From Azolla caroliniana (Eukaryota > Plantae > Polypodiophyta): a stretch of 64,000 bases of DNA. Below, piece by piece: positions 21,441 to 33,352 of this stretch. Both the position numbers and the translations under genes were made by a program. Under the pieces are notes generated by a model, which worked only from the letters and a program-made list of their open reading frames with translations, searched no databases and was not told the origin of the DNA. Position 1 is the stretch's first letter; each line of letters opens with the position of its first letter. The stretch lies in the NCBI GenBank assembly GCA_043228905.1, contig JBHGNT010000007.1, positions 8,122,001 to 8,186,000 on the forward strand, read 5' to 3'.

Positions 21441-24400
21441 ATGGCAACTATTAGCACTCAAGAGTACCAATCTGTCTTCTCGGAGCTGCAGTGCTTGAAA
21501 GAAAAGTTTGTAGCGCTAGAACAAGAAAATCAACAATTGTTGGGGGATCTTCAACAAATCTCTCTAGAGTAGCAGCAAATGCAACAACAACATGCAGAGT
21601 TGGCGTTATGTGTGCAACAACTTAAAGCAATGATTGTGTCATTACAACAACGAGTACCAAGTACGGAAGGAATTCATAAAGAACCCAAGATCGGTCTTCC
21701 TACAAAATTCGAGGGAATGCGATCACAATTCAAAGGATTCCTTAATCACAAATGTCTCGTGATTCAAATGCATCCTTCCCGATACCCCACCGATGCACAC
21801 GAGTGGGACTAGTAGCCACGTTTCTTAATGGCACAGCTTTGCATGGTTCTCTCCTTTGTTAGAACAAGGATCTTCATTGTTAAATAATTTTGAGGAATTT
21901 ATTAGTGAGTTTAAAGCCTGTTTCGGGGACATCGATAGCATTAGGACGGCAATCAATAAAATCCGAAGATTGCGTGGAGGTGATCGTCCAGCCTCAGCCT
22001 ACGCTGCGGATTTTAATGTTTTAAATCTACTCGATCAAACTCATGTCTACTCAAGTTATATGAGAAAACCATTAAGTTGATCATATGCCTCAATTACAAA
22101 TGCCAAGAACAAGGTCGGGGCCCACATATGCCTCAATCATAGCAAACCATTTGCAAGGGAGTCATATAATGTCATCTCTAGCAAATACTCCAACTCCGAT
22201 GGAAATCGACACCACACGTCATCACGGACCATTATCGAAAGAGGAAAAGCAGTGACGCCGAGCAAATCGACTATGTCTTTATTGCGGTGAACCGGGGCAT
22301 ATTGCAATGAACTGTCCTCATAGGCCAAGAAGATAGGTAATTCAATAGACGCTAGTACTAATAGTACTAAATCCCAGTCTATTCCATTAGGAGTGTCTGA
22401 TAGTCCTAATAACCCAAGCCTATCAAACAAATTTGAAGTTCTTAGTCAACTAGAAGAAGAGTTAAACGGTTAAGTCAAGCCAAAATAGGAGTCGTTTGGT
22501 TGGGCAGCCCTAGATTTGTGCAACCCATTAGTGGTTCCATTCCCTCTAACCAAGTTAGCAATGTCTTCCTAGCTCAAGTAATAATTAGTACTAAAAGTAA
22601 CCCTCCAATACATGTCTTAATGCTCTTAGATTCCGGAGCCAATTCTTGCTTCATGGATAAGAATTTTGCCCAAGCTCATCAGATATCCCTAAGAAAACTC
22701 CCTTGCCCAACTTCTGTAGTAGTCATTGATGGTCGCCCCATTGATTCCAGTAATATCGTAGAAGAGTTAGAGACGATTAGTGTTGTCCTAAATAATTTGG
22801 CGTGTGTGGTATCATTTAATATAATTAGTAGTCCAGAGCATCCAATTGTTTTGCGGTTACCATGGTTCGAATTACACAATCCGAACATAGATTGGAGAAC
22901 AAGAGAAATCAGGGAATCTCCTCACAAGATTTCAACCATTTCGCTACATCAATTGCGTGATGAAGGACACAAGGAATCAATGTTTGTATTCGCAGTATCA
23001 GTGGAACCTTCCAACACCGCTAAGGAGGAGTCAACAATTCAACTTCCAAAGAAGTATCATCATTACGCCGATGTTTTTTATAAGGTACAAGGTAATACTC
23101 TTCCTCACCATCAATCGTATGATTGTCCCATTGATTTACAACCACGAAAAGAGTCACCATGGGGACCGATCTACAACATGTCACCAATCGAGCTTGAAGT
23201 TCTTCGAGCCTACATAGAGGAAATTTTGGCAAACAGGTTCATTCAACATTCAAAATCTCCAGGCGGCGCGCCTATTTTCTTCGTCAAGAAAAAAGATGGC
23301 TCACTTCGTCTAGTCGCGGATTACCATGGCTTGAATAAGGTCACCATCAGGAATAGGTATGCACTTCCCCTGATCTCGAGTCTTTTAGAAAGGATTCATG
23401 GAGCAAAGTTTTTCACAAAAATTGACTTACAAGAGGAGCATATAACTCGTGCGGATTCGACCAGGAGACGAATGGAAGACAGCTTTCCGCACCCGATAGG
23501 CACGTCGAGTATACAGTTATGCCATTCGGCCTCACCAATGCACCATCAATCTTCCAGCATATGGCAAATGATATATTCCAAGATCTTTTGGACATCTACT
23601 TGGATGATCTACTAGTTTATTCAAAGACACAAGAGGAGCATGATGCTCATGTACTATTAATACTAAGACGACTACGAGAACATGGTCTTTATGCAAAGCT
23701 AGAAAAGTGTAGTTTTGACTATAACCAAGTGGAATTTCTAGGTTATGTCATCTCCTCAAAAGGTATATCTATGGATCCAGCTAAAGTCCAAACTGTGTTA
23801 GAGTGGCAAACTCTATGTTCGTTGCAAGATGTGCAATGCTTTTTAGGATTTGCAAATTTCTATTACAAGTTTATACAAGACTACTCAAAGCTTATTTTAC
23901 CGCTCACACAACTTACAAAGAAGGGACAATCGTTTGTTTGGTCTAAGGAAGCGGACACGGCTTTTGAAGGTCTCAAGAAAGGATTTACATCAACTCCTGT
24001 TCTAGCTCATGTTAACGCAAAAACCATTTATCATTGAGGTAGACACATCCAATTTCGCCCTCAGTAGTATTTTGTCACAGTAAGGCAACGATGAGAAGCT
24101 ACATCTCGTGGCTTTCCACTCGTGCAAATTTGACGCTGCCGAAATCAACGACGAGATACATGACAATGAGCTATTAGCAATAGTGGACTCTTTTGCACAA
24201 TGGAGGCATTTTTTAGAAGGATCTCCTCATCAAGTCATTGTATTTAGTGATGTTACCCGTAGGAGTTGTACGGGGCGGTATAATGGTAAAACACATTAAA
24301 GGGGTTGTTCGGTATGTGTAAAGTATATGAGTGTGAAGATGAGTATGTGTGAGCACATGCACAATTATGTGCATGTGACAAGAGTGTAACGGTCTCTTTT

Positions 24401-25280
24401 GTAACGGTCATTATTTACAGTTACATTTTGTATTATATAAACCCCTTATGGGGCATGTAATGGATAGGCATTTTTCCCTCTCATTTTGGTGTCTTTGTGT
24501 ATTTGTCTTTCTCTCTAGCTCTCTCTCTAACTTAACCCCCTTCACCCCCCACCCCAACAACAAGTGATCACAAGAATCTTGCCTACTTCTAGAATGCTCA
24601 CGTGTTAAATAGATGACAAGCTCGGTGGGCTCAGTTCCTCACTCGTTTCGACTTCAAGATTACATATCGTCCGGGCAAGCAACAAGGGAAGGCAATTGCA
24701 TTATCACGACGCTCATATCTAGCTCCTCATCCTGGTGATCCAACCTTCAACAACCAAAAGCAAGTAATTCTAGGTCCAACACGACTTCAAGCAACGTTGG
24801 TTTTTGACACTCCATTGGATTCCTGCATTATCGGTACCATACATGAAGATTTGAAGACAAATGTTTTTGCTCAAGCTATTCTAGATCAAATCGATCCCTC
24901 TCGAGCATCTTGTTCACGATCACAACCAGGTATGGATTATCGACAATTCAAACGTCATGATGGTTTACTCTTCTTTAAGAAACTTTTGTATGTTCCCAAT
25001 GGTTCTTTTCGCCTTCGAATAGTACAAAATTGTCAAGACACATACACAGCCAGACATTTTGGGAGTACTAAAACATTGGATTTAGTACAGGGATCATTTT
25101 GGTGGCCCCATATGAGAAGATTTGTCGAAGGCTATGTTCGAACATGTGATACATGTTGCAAAGCAAAGATGCCTCAACATCATTCATATGGTTTGTCGAA
25201 GACGTTACCGATCCCAAGCAAACCGTGACAACCTATTTCTCTAGATTTTATCATAGATCTTCCCAATTTTAGGCAATCGT
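21441..25280 (+). mobile_element. Ty3/gypsy chromovirus D (Tcn1/Tf1-like), gag-PR-RT-RH-partial INT, degraded and 3'-truncated
   Basis: Gag EPKIGLPTKFEG, protease LLDSGANSCF, RT PIFFVKKKDGSLRL / MPFGLTNAP / YLDDLLVYS, RNase H EIHDNELLAIV..WRHFLEG, integrase zinc-finger remnant with WWPHM..C..C. Confidence 0.92.
24251..24562. mobile_element. Solo LTR (312 bp) inserted in RNase H of D
   Basis: TGTTA...CAACA with TSD AGTGA (24246-24250, 24563-24567). Removing it restores VFSD|HKNL. Confidence 0.9.
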
Positions 25281-25289
25281 GAGGGAGAG

Positions 25290-26550
25290 CTTCACGCCTA
25301 GTCGTGAGCAACAGTACTTCGTTACATTTATCGATGACTTCAGCAAAAAGGTGTGGGCTTTCATGTTGGTGTCTAAAGACCAAGTGTTGTTGGTCTTTAA
25401 AGAGTTTCATGCAAGGGCAGAAAGAGAATCAGACAGAAGTTAAAAGTTGTCCGAATAGACAACGGTGGTGAGTACAAAGGCCAATTTGAGTTGTATTGTA
25501 AGACTGAAGGCATCAAACTTGATTATACAGTGATGAAGACACCTGAGCTGAATGATCTAGTAGAGAGAATGAATAGGACCATAATGGAAAGGGTAAGAAG
25601 CATGTTGACGCATGCAAAATTGCCGAAGTCATATTGGGTTGAGGCAATATTAGCGGATGTTTACCTTATAAACAAGTCTCCCTCAGTGCCTCTAAAGGGT
25701 GATGTCCCACAGAGGGTGTGGACTTGAAGAGGTGTGTCTTACCAACACTTAAGGGTGTTCAAATGCTTAGCTTATATGCATGTGGTTAAAGATCGAAGGT
25801 CAAAACTAGACAGCAAGTCCAAGCCTTGCATATTCTTGGGGTACTCGAAAGATGAGTTCGGGTACTAGCTGTGGGATCTTCTTCCTAAGAAGATGCTAAG
25901 GAGCTGTGATATTGTATTCATGGAAGACAAAACGATAGAAGACTACAGACAACAAAAACCAATGTCGTCTTCCCATGCGACTACGATTATGGAGTCGGCA
26001 CTAGTCGATTCCCCTTCCACACAACGAGTCTGCAAACAACAGCCGGCTGCTGAAACCGAATTTGAGTCAACCAGCACACAACAGCAGGCTCAGAAGATGA
26101 GTTGGCAAAAGAAACCAAATCTGAGCTCATCCACTAAGATAAAGGAAGGTCTCCTCTCGGTATCCAGCCAATCAATATGTTCTCTTGACTGATGAAAGGG
26201 AACTAGAATGCTATAAAGAATCCATGACTGATGTACACAAGGAGACGTGGTATAGTGTCATGTAAGAGGAAATGGATTCCTTGCTTTTGAACCACACCTA
26301 TGAGCTAATTGAGTTGCCTGATGGAAAGAAGGCACTTAGAAACAAATGAGTCTATAAATTAAAGACTGGAGAAGATAGAAGTACACCTGGGTATAAGGCC
26401 CGTATTGTAGTGAAGGACTTTCAACAGAAAAAAGGTGTTGACTTTGATGAGATGTTTGCTCCAGTAGTCAAGATGACTTCCATCCGACCTATTTTCAGCA
26501 TGGCTACTAGTATGAACGCGGAGATTGAACAATTGGCTACCAGTATGAAC
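25290..26550 (+). mobile_element. Degraded copia (A-related) integrase-RT fragment fused to D
   Basis: YFVTFIDD, TPELN..ERMNRTIMERVRSML, KKGVDFDEMFAPVVKMTSIR; many stops. Confidence 0.88.
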
Positions 26551-28330
26551 CTGGCGCGCCCATTGAAATAGATCACATGTCGGTCCTTAACGCAGCGGAG
26601 CCATGCCTCCACACAACCCCGCAGATCCCCCATAAAGTTTAAAATACTTATATAAGTCAACACAACAATGACATATATATAAGCATCCACAAAAACACAT
26701 ACATGGACATTTATTTCTCATATGCCCCTATCTACCTACCTATTCAAACCACTCTACACATAGAAGGGTGAATTGTATCAAACTGTCCTTCGTACACAGA
26801 TTGTGCACCACCAATCAAGAAACATAAACTCCACAATCCTTCATTGACAACACCATTATTGAAATCATCTTCTGGTTCAGGTCCCCAATGGTCCTACTTA
26901 ACATTGTTGGTCATGACACCATTTTGGATGCCTACTTGATCGAACTCATGAATGACTGACTCTTCCCATTGATTCCTACTCGAACTTAGAAAACCATTAA
27001 GTTGATCATTTTAATGTTTTAAATCTACTCGATCGAACTGTCTACTCAAGTTATATGAGAAAAAAGGTTTTGTTGGGTAATGGGGGAGGCTGCGGTGGAC
27101 AGCGGCGACTGTGTTCTGAGTTTTGCTAAGCTTCCGCACATGTATTCTTTTACAAAGACAAAAGGGATGTGTATGTGCAAACCCCTCATCGAGTAATGAT
27201 GACTAAGGGAGGAAAGAAAGGAAAGAGCCCAAAGCTAGGCCTATCGATGCAATTGCTAATGTTATTGAAAATGCTACTCGATAGTGGGAACATGCTCACT
27301 CCACTAAGGAATAGGGGCCCAATGCTTGTTCCCGACTCACACATGACCTCACGACAATGCTCAAAGTTGGACACTTGGCAACCACTACCCGTATGCCTAG
27401 GGTTTAAACCTAGGGTGGGGGTTTTGTGTTCCAAAGATACCCCCTCTATAAATAAAATACATGCATAGCTTAAATTCGTTTCCTAAACTCTAGGCTTTCG
27501 TCATAAAATTTAGCATTTAAACACCTAATCACACATTTAAACGCCTACTTCCAAGCACTCTCAACACTCAAATAAACATTCACATATCAATAATATCTCA
27601 TATTCAGTCAGGCACATACACGACAACATACATATAAGCATCCACAAAACACATACATGGACATTTATTTCTCATATGTCCCCTATCTACCTAGAAGGGT
27701 GAATTGTATCAAACCGTCCTTGGTACACAAATTATATGTATGCTAAACCCATTTTGGATGCTTACTTCTCTACCTGTTGATGCGCACCTACTCGAACTTA
27801 GAAAACCATTAAATTGATCATTTTAATGTTTTAAACATACTCGATCGAACTCATTCATGTCTACTCAAGTTATATGAGCAAAAAGGTTTTGTTGGGTAAT
27901 GGGGGGAGGCTGCGGTGGACAGTGGCGGCTCTGAGAGGGATGGTCAGTAGGGGCGCCGTAGTCCCTCCACCGCCGAGAGAGGGGGGTCATGATGATCGCT
28001 GGCTGCGCAAAAAGGTTTTTGGAGGGAGGCTGCGGTGGACAGTGGCGGCTCTGAGAGGATGGTCAGCAGGGGCGCAAGGGCAGCGTGGTCCCTCCACCGC
28101 CGAGAGAGGGGGGTGATCGCTGCTCCGTCGCCGGCCTTACACGCGGTACCCCACCACTTCAAGGCGCCGGACGCCTCACCCTCCGGCGAGACGCCCACCG
28201 ACACTCTCTGCTTGGAGCGGGCGCGCCCATTCAGATGCGCCGCCTGCCGGTCCTTAGCCCAGCGGAGCCATGCCTCCACACAGCCTCCAAATCCCCCCTT
28301 GTGAGGGTTACAGGTACAGAACCACCCGGG
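26551..28330. repeat. Unclassified modular repeat (duplicated AT-rich and GC-rich blocks)
   Basis: Blocks recur at about 26553/28221, 26670/27625, 26980/27790 and 27060/27880/28010. A piece also occurs at 22010-22084. Confidence 0.7.
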
Positions 28331-31300
28331 ATGAAGTCTTCTCTCTTCCACTTACTCATATATCTGGCTCAATCTATGTGCCTTCCTTTGTATGTGGGAT
28401 AAATTCTTTCATTCTCTTTTCTCGTATGGGTCTCACTCATCGCATACATGCATGCATACACATATGTGCATTAACATACTATGGGCTTAGCGTCGTCACG
28501 TACGTATATATGATGATTTTGTAAATCAAATTTGTTGGGGGGGGGGGATTCTAATGAGCTTTTGTGATATTCTTTTATTGTATTTAGTTTTAGGCCATCA
28601 CCCATTCTTACTCATCAAACATACTAACCTATAGTTGACATATGTCGAACCACATTTATTTTTCATAATATGTAATACAACCCCCTTTACATTGTGTAGT
28701 GGTCAATGCAATGTCCCAAAAGAATGTTGTCTATCTATCATTTGGGGGTAGAGTCATTATTCGCACATCTATTCGGTTACTAACCTAACTTCAAAGTCAA
28801 AACCAAGGTGAACCTATTCTTCTTACCACATACCTCTACAATTAAAAGATGAAGGACAAGTCCACTTTACATCCATGCAATAGTCCAACTTGTTGGTTCT
28901 ACAAAGTATTTGATCCCTCCATCAAACCACCTAGAATTCAACCATCATGACATTTATAGTTTTTCATTGATTCCACATTTTGGGATAACTTGGCATCTTC
29001 ACCATCTTGGATGCAAACGCATCCCACTTACTTTCCGCTCCATAGATGGTGGCCACGTGATGACTTTACTAAAGCTCAAGAAAGGCTACCTACATTACTT
29101 TTTAACTGCCCCTTGTTTTCTTCACTACCTAATGAAAATCCTCCCAAAGAGTGGATTGTGTTGATCATGATCACATTCACCAATGACTACATAAACATCC
29201 TTGACCCAACCATTCAAGTTGTCATTCGTATACTTCAGTCTTCAACTATTGTGCATCCTTTTAGTGGATCCAAGGTTCATGCTCCTAACTATTATGAATA
29301 TGATATTTGGCATTTGATTTCAATGCAAATCCTAGGAAGTGGCAATCGGCCAATTTGCAAAAACAAGCTCAATTTCTTCCATCTTCCTACTTCCGCAATT
29401 GTTGAAACAGTGGTAGGCACAATTGTTATCCCATCTTTTGTGGACTTTGGGTGCACCTTTCATCCCTCACCTCCGAATTGGTCATATACTAACTTTATAC
29501 CAACCACGTTCCCAACTTCCTCTCTATTCATCACGATCGACATATATTCTCACTCCTAGTAGGATCAAAGTTATGGTTGTGATGTTAGTTTAGGAATTCA
29601 AAAATACCATGATAAAAAATGTCCTTAACAAGGAGAATGAAAATTCATTCAAATATGGTGTACATATCATGTACAAATTTCAATCCCATCCATTGTGAAG
29701 GTCAACAATCTATCCTTACATTTTGTAATACTATTATAGACGTGCTCAATTTATCTATTGATTCATTCAATTTGGTAGAGTTTTTAAGTTGTGTTGGAAT
29801 TGGTCAACCCAATAACTCTTTGGATTCTCTAGAAACAGCGGTGTAAATGGGTATTTTCCAAACCATACATCAAGCAATGTTATTGCAAGAGATATACAGT
29901 GAAGTTGTAGCCACTCTAAAGAGCCTATATGATGGCCTCACAGACGGATCCGATGGAGCCGAAAGACAATGATTAGCCTTCATCCAACAATGGTCGTCCT
30001 CTCCCTTTCTTGAGTCAATGGGCCTCCACATAAGATGGAACTATCGTGTCTCTATTGAGATTTGTATATAACATTCTCATCAGTAAATTTTTATAACTAA
30101 TGGAAGAAGTTTTTTTTGGAAATAATAAATAATAAATTGTAGAGTTTTAACTTTTAGGCCTTTGTTTTGTAAAGTATTTCCTATCTTTACAAAAAAGTGT
30201 TTGCATTAACACTCCTAGTGCATTGAATTAATATTGATTATCATCGAATTTTGGGCGGAAATGCTTTTAATCATCATTGGATATAGATAGCAATGTTTTG
30301 TCAATCCTACAGGGCCTAGGATACTTTAATATTGTTCTTAGAGTAACCACGAGAATTCGTAATATATGTTCATAGTTTAGTTCGAACTTGTTGAGCTAGT
30401 AATTTTATATTTATCTTGGTTGAAGGATGCATACTAAATTCGATGAATACTTTAAATCTTAATATTTAGTTAGGCTTGGTGATTCACAACTAAATACATA
30501 TGGTCAATACCTTGAATATGTGTGACGTGGCATAGGTGTAAATATTAAGTGCGTGGCTTATGTGTAGACCTAATACTATCACTATGCACAAACTATGAAG
30601 CAAGTATTTTGGTCTTTGAATGGTTTAATTAAGGATATGCTTATTGTAAACAATTATTACCTAAAATGGCATTTTAGTAATGCATAGCCTTCTTCTTTTG
30701 CCAAGTGAATCACTTAGCACTTAGGTTTCGAAATTAGAATCTTGACTTTTTTTTACCAATAAATAGAATCTCGAATTTCCAACATTATTTTAACTAACTA
30801 GATCAATTAACAATTGATAATTCTTGTTGTATATTTTTTCCCTTGAGGATATAAAATTCATACATTAACTAGGCAAGCTTTTAAGAAAATCATGGCAAGT
30901 TCTAAAACATTTATGGCAAATGCTACTTTGCTGCTTTGGGAGTTTCGTAAACTTGGGTGCTAGTTCAGAAAATATGGCAAACTATAGTACCATATTCGTA
31001 AATTGCCATAAAATATAATCATGTCAACATCAAAAGGTATTATATTCTTACAAAAATGAGGAATGTTGAATGTTGAATGTTTATTGTGGCATCAATATCA
31101 CTAACGACAACCAATACTAGTAACCAAAGCGGCACTATAGATTTGTTTGTCCAAATATTGAACAACCCCATAAGAAGCAAAACTCCACTCCAAGGCAATT
31201 TAATGTGAGCTTAAGTCATTAGAGTACAAGAGCACATAGTGAATTATTTGATTAAGTTCTTTGATAGGGACATAAGTCAAGACATCCACTCATTAATAAT

Positions 31301-33352
31301 AATCAATGTTTTGTAGCATAGCTCGAAAATGTGACTAACATTTTGGGACCTAACATTGTGTGTTTGTAAAATTATGTGTCTACCTCAAGAGTCAAGTCTA
31401 CCATTTGGGGAGCATACAAACTAGGAATATTTCAATTGTTGTGGTCATAGATAAATGGCCACGCACATTCGCGGATTTTAAAAAAAGTTTTTATTTATAG
31501 TTTATCGTTAATAGTCATACACATCTTGTGGTCGTATGGTGGTTATAGGCAAGAGTTTGATCAACATAAATGCTTAACATGAAACATTTTGTTCGCGAAT
31601 GATTATGACAAACAATATTGCAAAGGTTTGTGTCAACATGTTTGATTTGGTAGGTTGCTTGAATTCTTTCAATGAGGAAGTATGATAATGTATTAGTTCA
31701 TATCAATTTTTGACAAGAAGAAAATAAACCTAATAATTGGTAATAACAACTTACATCATGGCATCACATGTAAATTTTCTTCAAAAGGAGATGAGTGAAA
31801 CAAGTGCAGAGCAACAACATATGTCAATATGATAATAAGAAAGAATGCAAGTGAAATGCCCCATGTGAAGATAATTAAACAATGTCCATCATAATATGAC
31901 CATTTGTTCACAATTTGGATTCTAAATATGGAAATTTTATATGTTTCAATTAGTGGTTGGACAACCGTCCAACATTTAATGGGCTTACTTTATCCTTAAT
32001 GTATTCATGGATATGTTAACAAGACTCATGGTATCAACAATCCACAATCAATAGTTGTGTTAAGAGCTATAAAGATAATGTATGTTAATAATCCAATTAT
32101 TTCTCAATAACAACACCATATTTTACGAGAAACCATTGACTATTTACTTTATCAATGGCTCAAGGATACAACGAATGTTAGCATCAACCAATGGTTTTCT
32201 TGTGCCTTAGTTGAGAGACCTTGAGATTGACAACTATCACACCATTACCTGAGAGGCAATCTTCAAAATTCTCAAGAGAGATCCAAGGTAACTAGTGTAA
32301 AAGACTAAACACGACAAGAACTTAGTGAAAGCAACGGGAAGATTCTTATTGTGTATGGAGGCTTGATGTATACCAATATTTGAGAACATTTCTTGGTGCT
32401 AATTACTTCTCAACCTCATTAGTATATATTTCCATCACAAACAAACATTAGACAATTCAATACATGAAATGCCTTATCCATCACAATCTACTACTAAAGA
32501 TATGTCTGCCTTCGGTTTCCTAACAATGTTATTGGTATCATTATAGAAACCCTTTAGTGTCATTTCGAGGTATCGAAGCCTTGTTAAAGATGACAACACC
32601 AAAGCTAAAACCATCCTTCAATTTAAACAGCTGCCTAATATCGTTCATTATTTGTCATTGAATTGTGGTTGACCCAATGATGCGGCTCTAATTATCCAAT
32701 TTCTGTACTTTTTCCAACTTTCCTTCTCATTGTTTTTTATTTAACAAAGTTTACACAAACATCATACTATTTTGCAAAGACTTAGTGTGTAATATAAGTA
32801 GATTAATAATATAAGTTAACAACTAATCGATGAAAGCTTAACATATCTAGATATAGAATCTTCTTTGAAATTGCATTGTCAAAGGCTACAAATTTTACTC
32901 CATGAAGATAACAGGATAATAAAAGTATATATGACACGTACTTATCCAATAAGATGTCTCTCACATATCAAAACTCATTCACTTTGTGTAGAGGAAGAAG
33001 CAAACATTTCTATATCTATCCATCATTTTATACCTACATATGGATACTCTTTGTAGAAAAACATTCATGGTGGAAGAGATAACACTTCATGACAACAAAG
33101 AGGAGGCCACCACTATGAGACACTGATTATTGTAATATTTGAGTTTTTAAAATTTTCTGCTTATGAAAAGAGACATGTTTGCTTATTTGAGTACTCTTGC
33201 ATATCAATAATTACACATTCCATGATATGAAGAGCATCAAATTGTTTTGTCCATGCACTCTCAAGTTTTAGTGGGTTGTTTTCATAGAGAGATGTTGTAA
33301 TAGAAAATGAGCGAGGAGTTAAGACTACACAAATTCTATTGAAGTGTGTGGA

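Noticed and set aside
28700-33340. 189-aa ORF 28990-29559 and possible gypsy/hAT/LINE relics in the AT-rich stretch
   Set aside because: No recognisable domain in the ORF. Only isolated motif hints (e.g. minus-strand MDKAF near 32475), too decayed to call.
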